64,000 nt of DNA from Candidatus Latescibacterota bacterium (lineage in GTDB: Bacteria > Latescibacterota > UBA2968 > UBA8231). A program made the position numbers and the translations under genes. The stretch covers positions 2,496,001-2,560,000 of the forward strand of contig CBDFJF010000001.1 in assembly GCA_965248265.1 (NCBI GenBank). Reading direction: 5' to 3'. Below, in pieces: positions 9,383 to 18,563 of this stretch. The first letter of the stretch is position 1; the number at the start of each line of letters is the position of its first letter. A model generated the notes under the pieces. It saw only the letters and a list, made by a program, of their open reading frames with translations, was not told where the DNA came from and searched no databases.

Positions 9383-10402
9383 TTGACACTTTCAGTTCCT
9401 GTATCGGACCATGCCATGGCCGGGAAGATGGTCGTATGGGCTCTGGTCCTGGCAGTTGTGGGTTCTTCTTCCCCCGGCACGTTTGCCGATCCGGGTGGAG
9501 CTGATGTGGCCGAGACGGATCGAGCGCTGGTTGAGCCCCCCGACCTGGAAGCGCAGCCTGAAGGCCTTGACTACAGCCGGCTGGCTTTGACCGGTGGGAG
9601 TGCCGTCGTCGTCCACCACATCGGTTTCGAATATTTCGATCGTGCTTGGTACCAGGGGCAAAAACAGGACCGTATTCGCTGGCTGAACGACTGGGCCGGT
9701 GACACCTATGTCAACATGGACAAGGGCGGCCACTTCATGGGCGGCCTGTTCCTGTCGCGATCCCTCATCACCACCTACTCCTGGACAGGCTTCAAACCCC
9801 GAACGGCGGCAGCCCTGGGTACCTTCACCAGTTGGGTCGCCTTGCTCGAGATCGAAATGCGGGATGCCTATTTCGATCAGTGGGGTTTCAGCGTGCCGGA
9901 CTTCGCGGCCAACACCCTGGGCGCCTCGGTACCGCTGCTGCATGCGTTTGTGCCGGCGACCCGAGTCGTCAATTTCAAGTTCGGTTATTGGCCATCATCC
10001 CTGTACACGAACAGTAAGGAGCGTGACCTCGCCAATCGGCCCCATACCGACTACATCATCGACGACTACGAGGGCATGACGTTCTGGATGACCCTCGCTC
10101 TCGACGACGTCCTCTCCGGCAGGGCCGAAGAAGTGTGGCCGGATTTCCTCGGAATCGCTCTGGGCTACGGCGCACAAGGGTTGCACGGGAGCAACGTCAA
10201 AAGCAGGGGACGCGAAAGAGCCTTTAAGGACCTCCCCGATGCCCAACCGGAGCTACTGCTAGCGCTGGACTACGACGCACGTTATCTACCGGGAAAAGGT
10301 TTTCTGTGGAATCACTTCAAGACCCAGTTGAACTGGATCCACTTCCCCGCTCCTGCGATTCGCTTCTACCCTGATCTTCGCTTCTACTTGCTGTACCTGT
10401 AG
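9383..10402 (+). CDS. DUF2279/YfiM-like protein
   Basis: 'DKGGH', 'EMRD...WGFSVPDFAANTLG', 'DYEGMTFW' and 'IHFPAPAI' motifs; signal-like N-terminus. Start is uncertain. Confidence 0.7.
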   Translation: MTLSVPVSDHAMAGKMVVWALVLAVVGSSSPGTFADPGGADVAETDRALVEPPDLEAQPEGLDYSRLALTGGSAVVVHHIGFEYFDRAWYQGQKQDRIRWLNDWAGDTYVNMDKGGHFMGGLFLSRSLITTYSWTGFKPRTAAALGTFTSWVALLEIEMRDAYFDQWGFSVPDFAANTLGASVPLLHAFVPATRVVNFKFGYWPSSLYTNSKERDLANRPHTDYIIDDYEGMTFWMTLALDDVLSGRAEEVWPDFLGIALGYGAQGLHGSNVKSRGRERAFKDLPDAQPELLLALDYDARYLPGKGFLWNHFKTQLNWIHFPAPAIRFYPDLRFYLLYL

Positions 10403-10439
10403 CGAATGAGGACTCTTCTCCCCCGAGCCGATGGCTCGT

Positions 10440-11603
10440 CTACCGCAGCAGACTGAGGATCTGGTCGATGTCGGCATCAGCCGACACGGCGATGCTCGTC
10501 GCCGCCTCAGCCAGAATCTGCGAATGGGTCATCGCCGTAATCCCCCTGGCGATGTCGACCTCGCGAATGTTTGCCTCGGTTGCCTGCATCCGTTCCATCA
10601 CGGCCTCACCGGTGTTCAGACTCAGCTGCAATCGGTTTTGGAACGCGCCGATGCGATTGCGTTCGTCGATCAGCGCACTTTGAGCCTGGCGCAACGCGGG
10701 GAGCGCGTTTTGGGCATCCTCTAGAGTCTGGATTGAGATGCTCTCGAGGTTGAGTCCTGGGCCGCTGGATCCCATGTCGGCGATGCTGATGGTGGTGACA
10801 TCGTTGCTCGTCTCTGCCGGGCCGACCTGGAAGGTCAACCCCGTGATCCCCTCGACAACCAGGGTCTTGCCCGCCAGCTCTCCGTCGATGTACTGCTGCC
10901 GGCCGCTGTCGTCACGCCCACCTCCCAGTGTGACCTCGATGCCAAGATTGTCGAAACCCAGCACGACGGCATCATCGATAGCAAGAGCGCCGTCTTCCCC
11001 AAGATTGGGTACGTTCACGGTTTGGGTCAGCACGCCGTTGCCCAGGGTCAGGGTGCCGTCTTCGGGATCGTCCAGGAAAACGTAGGTACCCGGTATCGCC
11101 TCTGTGAGTCTGACACGCGCTACTCCGGTATCTTCGACATCCGCCACCGCGCTGGAGGCAATCCGGTCCACCCGGGCGACGAAACCGTTGAGCAGTTCCT
11201 TGCCGTTGTAGGTCGTGGCTCCCGCGATCCGATCGATCTCTTGCTTGAGGTCTTCGAATTCCGAGTTGATGCTGAGCCGGTCACTGTCGTTAAAAACTGA
11301 CGAAGCCCCCTGCATCGACAGATCCAACATGCGGTTGATCATGCCGCCGATGGCGTCGAGCGATCCGTCTGCTACCTGCAGCAGGGAAAAGGTCTGCTGG
11401 ATATTGCGCTGGCCCTCAACGATGGCTCGAACTTCCGAGTTGATCCCGTCGGCGAGCGCGAGACTGGCCGGATCGTCACTCGAGCGGTTGACTCGGCGAC
11501 CGCTGGACAATTGCCCTATCTGCTTGGAAACATCCGCCTGGTGAACGGCGAGCTGCCGATGGACCTGTCGCAGGTGGACGTTGTGATTGATGCGTGCTGG
11601 CAT
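10440..11603 (-). CDS. flagellin-family protein
   Basis: N-terminal 'LSSGRRVNRSSDDPASLA', 'EIDRIAGATTYNGKELLNG'; C-terminal 'RNRIGAFQNRL', 'NIREVDIA', 'ILSLLR'. Confidence 0.9.
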   Translation of the reverse strand: MPARINHNVHLRQVHRQLAVHQADVSKQIGQLSSGRRVNRSSDDPASLALADGINSEVRAIVEGQRNIQQTFSLLQVADGSLDAIGGMINRMLDLSMQGASSVFNDSDRLSINSEFEDLKQEIDRIAGATTYNGKELLNGFVARVDRIASSAVADVEDTGVARVRLTEAIPGTYVFLDDPEDGTLTLGNGVLTQTVNVPNLGEDGALAIDDAVVLGFDNLGIEVTLGGGRDDSGRQQYIDGELAGKTLVVEGITGLTFQVGPAETSNDVTTISIADMGSSGPGLNLESISIQTLEDAQNALPALRQAQSALIDERNRIGAFQNRLQLSLNTGEAVMERMQATEANIREVDIARGITAMTHSQILAEAATSIAVSADADIDQILSLLR

Positions 11604-11647
11604 GGTCTTTACCCCGGGTTCAATTAACTAATAGACATGAACCGTCA

Positions 11648-11663
11648 AGCAAAGCGCATACCA
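11648..11663 (-). promoter_or_regulatory. sigma54 (-24/-12) promoter of the flagellin gene
   Basis: Minus strand TGGTATGCGCTTTGCT (GG-N10-GC), 45 bp upstream of the ATG. Confidence 0.7.
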
Positions 11664-11849
11664 TTTACCGGGAGCTCCGGGAGAAACTCCTGACACCCAG
11701 CTTAACTTGCTGTTAATTTGGAGCTTACAAAAAAATCAGGCTGGGTAACTTGAGTTGTTGCGTGTGGCTGAATGTAGGAAGAATTGGCTGGTTCGTATTG
11801 CGCCCGGAACGGAAACCTGACCTATCCGGATCCGGGCACTGCTGGCGGA

Positions 11850-12347
11850 TCAGCTTCTGGCGAGTTGACCCTCGGGCCGCGATGAATCAACCACCGCGGT
11901 TCCGGAAAGCGTCTCCGCATCCTGGCGTTTGCGTTGATCCATGGGAACGACGTTGGCAGCTTCGGTGAGCTCTTGCGGTTTGTTGACTTCGTCAGCTGCT
12001 TCCATGGCGCAGCTGCCATGAAAGACGGCTCCCTCTGAAACGGACAAGGCGCCTGTGTAAACATCGCCGATAAAACGTGCCTGGTTGTCCAGGCGGACCT
12101 TTTCGGCCCGCACCGTACCTCGGACGACTCCGTTGACGTAGATGTCTTTGCCTTCGAGGTGGGCATACGCCTCACCTGACTGGCTGATCGTCAAGGCACC
12201 TGAACAGGACAACTCCCCTTTGAAAACGCCGTCGATGCGGACACTGTTGTCCACCTTCATGACCCCTTCGAAGACCGTCCCTCTGCCAATTATCGTGTTG
12301 AGCGTCTGCCCGCCAGCGACGGCGCCGTTTTCTCGTTTACCCAGCAT
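11850..12347 (-). CDS. bactofilin (polymer-forming cytoskeletal protein)
   Basis: 'TIIGRGTVFEG...VRIDG...GDVYTGALSVSEGAVFHGSCAM'. An alternative TTG start lies at 12380. Confidence 0.9.
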   Translation of the reverse strand: MLGKRENGAVAGGQTLNTIIGRGTVFEGVMKVDNSVRIDGVFKGELSCSGALTISQSGEAYAHLEGKDIYVNGVVRGTVRAEKVRLDNQARFIGDVYTGALSVSEGAVFHGSCAMEAADEVNKPQELTEAANVVPMDQRKRQDAETLSGTAVVDSSRPEGQLARS

Positions 12348-12494
12348 GATCAACTCTCGCGCCCTGTTAAAAAACGCCAAGAACGTGCCTTACAGGCACT
12401 TTCGACGGCGTGTTAATTGCCTGTTAATCCAGTATTTACGAAGACTTATGAATATAGCTCTCAGACGGGTTGAATGCAATAAGAAAATCCGCTG

Positions 12495-13706
12495 TCAACC
12501 TTTCCCCTTCTTCTTCCTTTTGCCTCGATTTTTTAGCCGTTTGCTAAATGGTGCGGACTCCAACGCCTTCTTGACTTCCTCACGATCCTGAAGCCGCTCG
12601 ACCACCACCATGACGGCAGAACTGGTGAGGTCCTCAACCGTAGTGGTGTCGATGACGGGGATGTCATCCAGCGTCGTGTTCTCCAGGATGTAGTCCTGGA
12701 TTTTCAGTATGTGTGTCATGTGAGACAGGTACTTTTCAGAGGATCGCTCCGGCGCCTCGGCCGCGCGTTGCTGGAAGCGTTCCTCAAAAACCTCCTCCTC
12801 GGATATAGACAGACACAGCGGTGCCAGGAACGCTCGGTCTTCGAATTCTGACAGATCCAGAATCCCGGGAAGCAGGTGTACCCCGTCTATGATGACGCTA
12901 GTGTTTTCCTCCATGGCGCGACTCAGTATCGCGCGCACACCAACTGCCACGGTGCGCGCCTGCTCGCGGAAACCAGCGATAACGGGATCCATCGAGGGAT
13001 CGTGCGAGTTGGTGACCTCTGAAGCTTGATACGACGAGACGTGGATAGCCGGCATGAGTTCCGGCGCCAGCGTCAAGCGCATGATCTGGCGGATGTCGTC
13101 GGTGGCGACCATGTGCGGAATATCGAGGACGTTGGCCAGACTGACTGCCAGGGTGGTCTTGCCGACACCGCTGGTGCCGCCGATGAGGATGACGAGCGGT
13201 TTGTCCAGATCCTTGAGCGCCCGCACGATGAAGTAGCGCTCGGCGTAGCTGAGGCCATGGCGCTCAGTCAGCGCCGTGGCCGCGGCCTCCTGGAGTTCGG
13301 TATGCGTGATCCGGCTGCAGCGTTGATCGATGAGTCCTGACTCGATCTCGCGGGCGATGTCGTAGGCGTCGTCGGGGGCCAGACCTGATGCCTGCAACGA
13401 TCGCGACAGCGTCTCCTTCGAGAATGGACGCGGACCCTTGCGGCGATCCACCGTTATCGTCGTCGGTCGCGATTCCCAGAACACGAGGTCGCCGATCGGA
13501 CGCTCTGGGTAGTGCTCCTGCAACATCTCGGCGATGAGCTTGAGCATGTCCTTCTTGTCGACCTCGCCCAACTCGCGTACCACCTGGCGAACTGAATCGG
13601 CGACGTCGTACGCCTCATCGTGATCGAAGCCGCGCTGGATCAGATGGTGCACCAGCATGCCGCGCATGAAAGGGATGCGCTTTTTCCCGTCGACGATGGT
13701 AGCCAA
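12495..13706 (-). CDS. 2-phosphoglycerate kinase-like protein with N-terminal ATP-cone-like domains
   Basis: 'PFMRGML' and 'PFSKETLSRSL' cone-like repeats; 'ILIGGTSGVGKT', 'TDDIRQIMR', 'IHVSSY' and 'IIDGVHLLPG' motifs. Confidence 0.8.
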   Translation of the reverse strand: MATIVDGKKRIPFMRGMLVHHLIQRGFDHDEAYDVADSVRQVVRELGEVDKKDMLKLIAEMLQEHYPERPIGDLVFWESRPTTITVDRRKGPRPFSKETLSRSLQASGLAPDDAYDIAREIESGLIDQRCSRITHTELQEAAATALTERHGLSYAERYFIVRALKDLDKPLVILIGGTSGVGKTTLAVSLANVLDIPHMVATDDIRQIMRLTLAPELMPAIHVSSYQASEVTNSHDPSMDPVIAGFREQARTVAVGVRAILSRAMEENTSVIIDGVHLLPGILDLSEFEDRAFLAPLCLSISEEEVFEERFQQRAAEAPERSSEKYLSHMTHILKIQDYILENTTLDDIPVIDTTTVEDLTSSAVMVVVERLQDREEVKKALESAPFSKRLKNRGKRKKKGKG

Positions 13707-13909
13707 TTCAACCTCTTCTCACGCCTGCGGAACTTCGTTTCCGGCGGATTGGGATGTCAGCCCAATATACCCCGCCCGTGATCCGGGCGGCAAGGTGGAA
13801 GATTGCTCAGCACCTCTTCAATGGAGATATTATCTCGATTGCATCGGCAACAACCGCACTCCGAGAGACATTGAATAGCTTCGGACAACATTCAGGAGTC
13901 CCAGAAACC

Positions 13910-15052
13910 ATGTCGAACCCACTATTGGAATTGCAGACCTTAGGGCAGAGCGTTTGGTACGACAACATTGAACGCGGCATGATAATCTCGGGCCAGCTTC
14001 AGCGTCTGATCGCCGAGGATGGCTTGCGTGGCATGACCTCGAATCCCGCCATTTTCGAGAAAGCGATTTCTGGCTCGCGTGAGTACGCTGGTGCGCTTCG
14101 CCAATTCGCTGGCGCAGAGCGCTCGGCACAGGAGATCTACGAGGTGATCGCTATCCAGGATATTCAGTGGGCTGCAGACGTGCTGTTGCCCGTGTACGAG
14201 GATACCGAAGGACGGGACGGTTACATTTCATTGGAAGTCTCTCCGCATCTGGCAAATGACACCGAGGCCACGGTCGAAGAAGCCTTGCGCCTTGCCAACG
14301 ATGTCGGCCGTCGCAATTTGATGATCAAGGTCCCTGGAACCAGGGCCGGGGTACCCGCCATCCAGCGTCTCATCGCGGAAGGCTTAAATATCAATGTCAC
14401 CCTGCTGTTTTCCGTCGACAGCTACGTTGACGTGGCCGAGGCCTACATCAGCGGACTGGAAACCCTGCAGACGCGGGGAGGCGACCCCGCCGGGATCGCC
14501 AGCGTTGCCAGTTTCTTCGTCAGTCGGATCGATGCGGTCGTCGACGACCGCATCGAAACCATGCTGCGTGCCGGAGTGGAGCGAGCAAGCGACCGGGTCA
14601 CGCTGCGCAGCCTGTTTGGCAAGGTGGCGATAGCCAACGCAAAAGTGGCCTACCTGCGCTACGAGGAATTAATTGCCGAACCCAGATGGCAGGCCCTGGC
14701 CTCGCAGGGCGCTCGCAGCCAACGGCTGCTATGGGCGAGCACCAGCGTTAAGAATCCGGCTTATCGGGACGTTCTCTACGTCGAAGAGCTGATTGGCCCT
14801 GATACGGTGAACACGCTTCCCGAGGCGACTCTGAACAGCTTTCGCGACCATGGAGAGGTTCGCGCCAGCCTGCAGGAAAACCCGGAGGAAGCCGTCGACA
14901 TGATGGCGGCACTGGAAGAATCGGGGATCTCGATCGATGCGATAACCGATCAGCTGCAGACCGATGCCGTCCGTCTTTTCGTCGAGCCGTTCGACAAACT
15001 CCTCGCCTCGATAGAGTCTCAGCGCGCCGCCGCGCAACCCAAGAGGGCGTAG
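13910..15052 (+). CDS. tal: transaldolase (long, actinobacterial/cyanobacterial type)
   Basis: 'GQSVWYD', 'GMTSNPAIF', 'MIKVPGT', 'NVTLLFS', 'SFFVSRID' and 'LWASTSVKNP'. AGGAG RBS precedes ATG 13910. Confidence 0.93.
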   Translation: MSNPLLELQTLGQSVWYDNIERGMIISGQLQRLIAEDGLRGMTSNPAIFEKAISGSREYAGALRQFAGAERSAQEIYEVIAIQDIQWAADVLLPVYEDTEGRDGYISLEVSPHLANDTEATVEEALRLANDVGRRNLMIKVPGTRAGVPAIQRLIAEGLNINVTLLFSVDSYVDVAEAYISGLETLQTRGGDPAGIASVASFFVSRIDAVVDDRIETMLRAGVERASDRVTLRSLFGKVAIANAKVAYLRYEELIAEPRWQALASQGARSQRLLWASTSVKNPAYRDVLYVEELIGPDTVNTLPEATLNSFRDHGEVRASLQENPEEAVDMMAALEESGISIDAITDQLQTDAVRLFVEPFDKLLASIESQRAAAQPKRA

Positions 15053-15074
15053 GCGAGCGAGACGAACACCAGTC

Positions 15075-16595
15075 GTGACGAATTCCTTCCTCAGCGCTCG
15101 CGACCGCATTCCCGATCCCTGCGCCCTGATCATCCTCGGAGCCACCGGCGATCTGACCCGTCGCAAGCTGGTTCCAGCTGTGTGGCAACTGTTCCGCCAG
15201 GATCGCCTGGCAGATGGGTTCGTGCTGGTGGGAGTGGCCCGTTCCGGGCGGACCTCGGAGCAGTTCCGTGATGACATGAAGGCTTCCGTGCTGGAATTTA
15301 CCGGTGTTGGGGTGGGTGAGGACGTTGAACGCGTGGATCGGTTTCTCAGTTGCCTCCACTATGTTCAAGGCGAGCTTGACGACGCCGACACCTATCGCCG
15401 GCTGGGCAAGTTTCTGCATCAGAGCGAGGTCGAGAGCGGCACACGGGGTAACCACTGCTTCTACTGCTCTGTGCCGCCGCAGGTCTATCGCAACATCGTC
15501 GACCAACTCGGTGCCGCGGGACTCAACCGGGAAGGCGAGAGCGGAAATGGGTGGGTCCGCATCATCGTTGAGAAACCCTTCGGTCACGACCTGGCCTCGG
15601 CGTGCGAGCTCAATCAGCATATTCACAAGGTCTTCGATGAACGCCAGATCTATCGGATCGACCACTACCTCGGCAAGGAGACGGTACAGAACATCCTCGT
15701 CTTCAGGCTGGCAAATTCGATGTTCGAGCCGCTGTGGAACCGGCGTTACGTCGACCACGTTCAGATCACTGCCGCGGAGACCGTCGGCGTAGAGCATCGG
15801 GCCGGGTACTACGATCGCTCTGGGGCTCTGCGTGACATGATCCAGAATCACTTGCTGCAGGTGTTGAGCGTCATTGCCATGGAGCCACCGTCGGCGTTCG
15901 ATTCAGAATCGGTGCGCATCGAAAAATTGAAGGTACTGAAGGCGATAAGGCCTATCAGCATTGGCGAGGTCGATGGGGTCGCAGTGAGGGCACAGTACAC
16001 GGCGGGGGAAGTCGATGGGGAATCACGCATCGGCTACCTTGAAGAGGAGGGCGTCGCCGCGGGTTCGCGGACCGAGACCTTCGCGGCTCTCGAGTTCACC
16101 ATCGACAACTGGCGTTGGCAGGGGGTTCCCTTCTACGTGCGCACGGGAAAGCGACTGGCCACAAGAGCGAGCGCAGTTACGCTGCAATTCAAACAACCCC
16201 CGCATCTGATCTTCCAGGACAGCGAAAATGTGAGTCCCAGCAGGCTGACCGTTCGCCTGCAGCCGGAAGAGGGCATCGCACTCTCCTTCAGTGGCAAGAT
16301 TCCGGGGCAGGATGTTGAATTGGGTACGGTGGAGATGGACTTCTGTTACGCAGATACCTTCGGCGGCCGTCATCCGGAAGCCTACGAAACGCTCTTGCTG
16401 GACTGCCTCCAGGGCGACGCCACCCTGTTTGCTTCCGCCGACTGGATCGAGAAATCCTGGGAACTGCTCATGCCGGTGCTGGAAGCCTGGGGCGCGTCAG
16501 CGTCCAGGGTGCCATCCTATCCGGCCGGCAGCTGGGGCCCCCCGCAGGCCGATCAGTTGTTCGACCGTGCCTGGAGACAGTGGGCAACCCCGTGA
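15075..16595 (+). CDS. zwf: glucose-6-phosphate 1-dehydrogenase
   Basis: 'GATGDL', 'EKPFG', 'RIDHYLGKE' and 'DMIQNH' motifs. Confidence 0.97.
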   Translation: MTNSFLSARDRIPDPCALIILGATGDLTRRKLVPAVWQLFRQDRLADGFVLVGVARSGRTSEQFRDDMKASVLEFTGVGVGEDVERVDRFLSCLHYVQGELDDADTYRRLGKFLHQSEVESGTRGNHCFYCSVPPQVYRNIVDQLGAAGLNREGESGNGWVRIIVEKPFGHDLASACELNQHIHKVFDERQIYRIDHYLGKETVQNILVFRLANSMFEPLWNRRYVDHVQITAAETVGVEHRAGYYDRSGALRDMIQNHLLQVLSVIAMEPPSAFDSESVRIEKLKVLKAIRPISIGEVDGVAVRAQYTAGEVDGESRIGYLEEEGVAAGSRTETFAALEFTIDNWRWQGVPFYVRTGKRLATRASAVTLQFKQPPHLIFQDSENVSPSRLTVRLQPEEGIALSFSGKIPGQDVELGTVEMDFCYADTFGGRHPEAYETLLLDCLQGDATLFASADWIEKSWELLMPVLEAWGASASRVPSYPAGSWGPPQADQLFDRAWRQWATP

Positions 16596-16629
16596 CAACC
16601 GTATTCACGACAACCGTATTGGTGATAAC

Positions 16630-17172
16630 ATGGACTCTAATGTGCGTGAAAAGGCGGCCGCCATTCGGCTGCTGTTGATGGATGTCGATGGCGTTTGGAC
16701 GGACGGCACGATCTTCTACGTCCCGGGACCCGATGGCGAGATGGTGGAGATCAAGACTTCCCACTCTCAAGACGGTATGGCACTGAGGTGGGCGCATGCC
16801 GCCGGCATTGCCTCTGGCTTGATCAGCGGCCGCGACTCGCCCGTCGTCACCCATCGGGCGACCATGCTGGGCGTCACCTACATCTATCAGGGTTACCTGG
16901 AGAAGATCCCGCTGTTCGAGGAAATATGTGACAAAGCCGGAGTCTCAGCTGATCAGGTCGCCTTTATCGGGGATGACCTCACCGACCTGCCACTCATCAC
17001 CCGCGCCGGCTTGGGCGTCGCCGTGGCCAACGGCCGTGATGAGGTGAAGCGGAAAGCCGATTTCGTTACTCAGGCGCCAGGCGGTTACGGCGCCATCCGC
17101 GAAACCGTAGAGCTGATCATGTCAGCGCAGGGAACGTGGCAGCAGGTACTCGAAAAGTACGGCGCAGACTGA
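16630..17172 (+). CDS. kdsC: KdsC-family HAD phosphatase (KDO 8-phosphate phosphatase)
   Basis: 'DVDGVWTDG', 'ISGR', 'IGDDLTD' and 'GGYGAIRE' motifs. Confidence 0.85.
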   Translation: MDSNVREKAAAIRLLLMDVDGVWTDGTIFYVPGPDGEMVEIKTSHSQDGMALRWAHAAGIASGLISGRDSPVVTHRATMLGVTYIYQGYLEKIPLFEEICDKAGVSADQVAFIGDDLTDLPLITRAGLGVAVANGRDEVKRKADFVTQAPGGYGAIRETVELIMSAQGTWQQVLEKYGAD

Positions 17173-17179
17173 GCGGAGC

Positions 17180-18454
17180 TTACGACGCTTTCCCCACTCC
17201 GGGCGCTGGAAAACGATCACACAACGCGCGCACTTGCCCGGCAATCGCGCGATAGGCTCGCCGTCGATCCTCCAGGGTCAGATCCGCATCGCCACGCACC
17301 GCAGCAACGCGCTCCACCCATTGTGCAATCTGCGTCATTTCATCAGACCCGAATCCCCTGCTCGTCACGGCCGGGGTACCCAAACGCACGCCGGAAGGTC
17401 GCATCGCCGATCCCTTGTCATTGGGTATCAGGTTGCGGTTGCAGACGATACCTGAGGCATCCATCGCTCTGGCAAGTTGGTGACCCGTTATGCCTTTGCT
17501 GGTGGCGTCAACGAGGATGAGATGGTTATCGGAGCCACCCGTCACCAATCGAAATCCCCGCTCGACGAGCGCTTCCGCCAGGCTCTTCGAGTTGGCGCAG
17601 ATGCGTGCGGCGTACTGAGCGAACTCTTCCGTCTCCGCTTCCTTCAGGGCCACGGCGATGGCAGCCGTGGTGTGATTGTGAGGACCTCCCTGCAGTCCCG
17701 GAAACACCGCTTTGTCCAGTGCCTCTGCGAACTCCTGCCGGCACATGATCATGCCGCCACGCGGGCCGCGTAACGACTTGTGCGTCGTCGTCGTCACCAC
17801 GTCGACATACGGAATCGGAGTGGGATGCACCCCGGCGGCGACCAGTCCACTGATATGGGCGATGTCGGCGACGACGATCGCCCCGGCCCGGTGACCGATG
17901 TCCGCGAAACGCTCGAAGTCGATTTGCCGGGGATAGGCCGTGGCACCACAGAACAACAGCTTGGGGCGGCATCGTTGCGCCAGTTCGTCAATCGCGTCGT
18001 AGTCGAGACACTCCGACTCGGGATCGACGCCGTACTGTACCGCTTCGTAGTGCAATCCCGAGACGCTCACTGCCGCCCCGTGCGTCAAGTGACCGCCGTG
18101 GGCGAGGGACATGCCCATCACCGCGTCGCCCGGTTTTGCCAGCCCCAGATAGACTGCCTGGTTGGCTGGAGAGCCTGAATACGGTTGGACGTTGACGTGC
18201 TCGGCACCGAACAGTGCTCGCGCGCGGTCGATGCAGAGCGCCTCCACCTGATCGATATGCTGCTGGCCCTCGTAGTAGCGCCCGCCCGTGTAACCTTCGG
18301 AGTATTTGTTGGTCAGCACTGACCCCGTCGCCTCCAACACCGCATGGCTGACGTAGTTCTCTGAGGGTATTAACCGGATTTTGTGATGCTGGCGACGGGA
18401 TTCGGCCGCGATGATGTCGGCAATCTCAGGATCTACGGCGTGCAGCGCTCCCAT
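17180..18454 (-). CDS. glyA: serine hydroxymethyltransferase
   Basis: 'LIPSENY', 'NKYSEGY', 'HGGHLTHG' and 'TTTHKSLRGPRGG'. The start may lie slightly further upstream. Confidence 0.96.
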   Translation of the reverse strand: MGALHAVDPEIADIIAAESRRQHHKIRLIPSENYVSHAVLEATGSVLTNKYSEGYTGGRYYEGQQHIDQVEALCIDRARALFGAEHVNVQPYSGSPANQAVYLGLAKPGDAVMGMSLAHGGHLTHGAAVSVSGLHYEAVQYGVDPESECLDYDAIDELAQRCRPKLLFCGATAYPRQIDFERFADIGHRAGAIVVADIAHISGLVAAGVHPTPIPYVDVVTTTTHKSLRGPRGGMIMCRQEFAEALDKAVFPGLQGGPHNHTTAAIAVALKEAETEEFAQYAARICANSKSLAEALVERGFRLVTGGSDNHLILVDATSKGITGHQLARAMDASGIVCNRNLIPNDKGSAMRPSGVRLGTPAVTSRGFGSDEMTQIAQWVERVAAVRGDADLTLEDRRRAYRAIAGQVRALCDRFPAPGVGKAS

Positions 18455-18563
18455 CGTGGTTTCGACGACCTCCGACTTTGCTTGTTGTCGTACAACCGGG
18501 TTTATTAGGCGGGACACAGGCGCCAATCAGCGCTGCTGCCGCAACATAATGAAGGGTTTTGGC

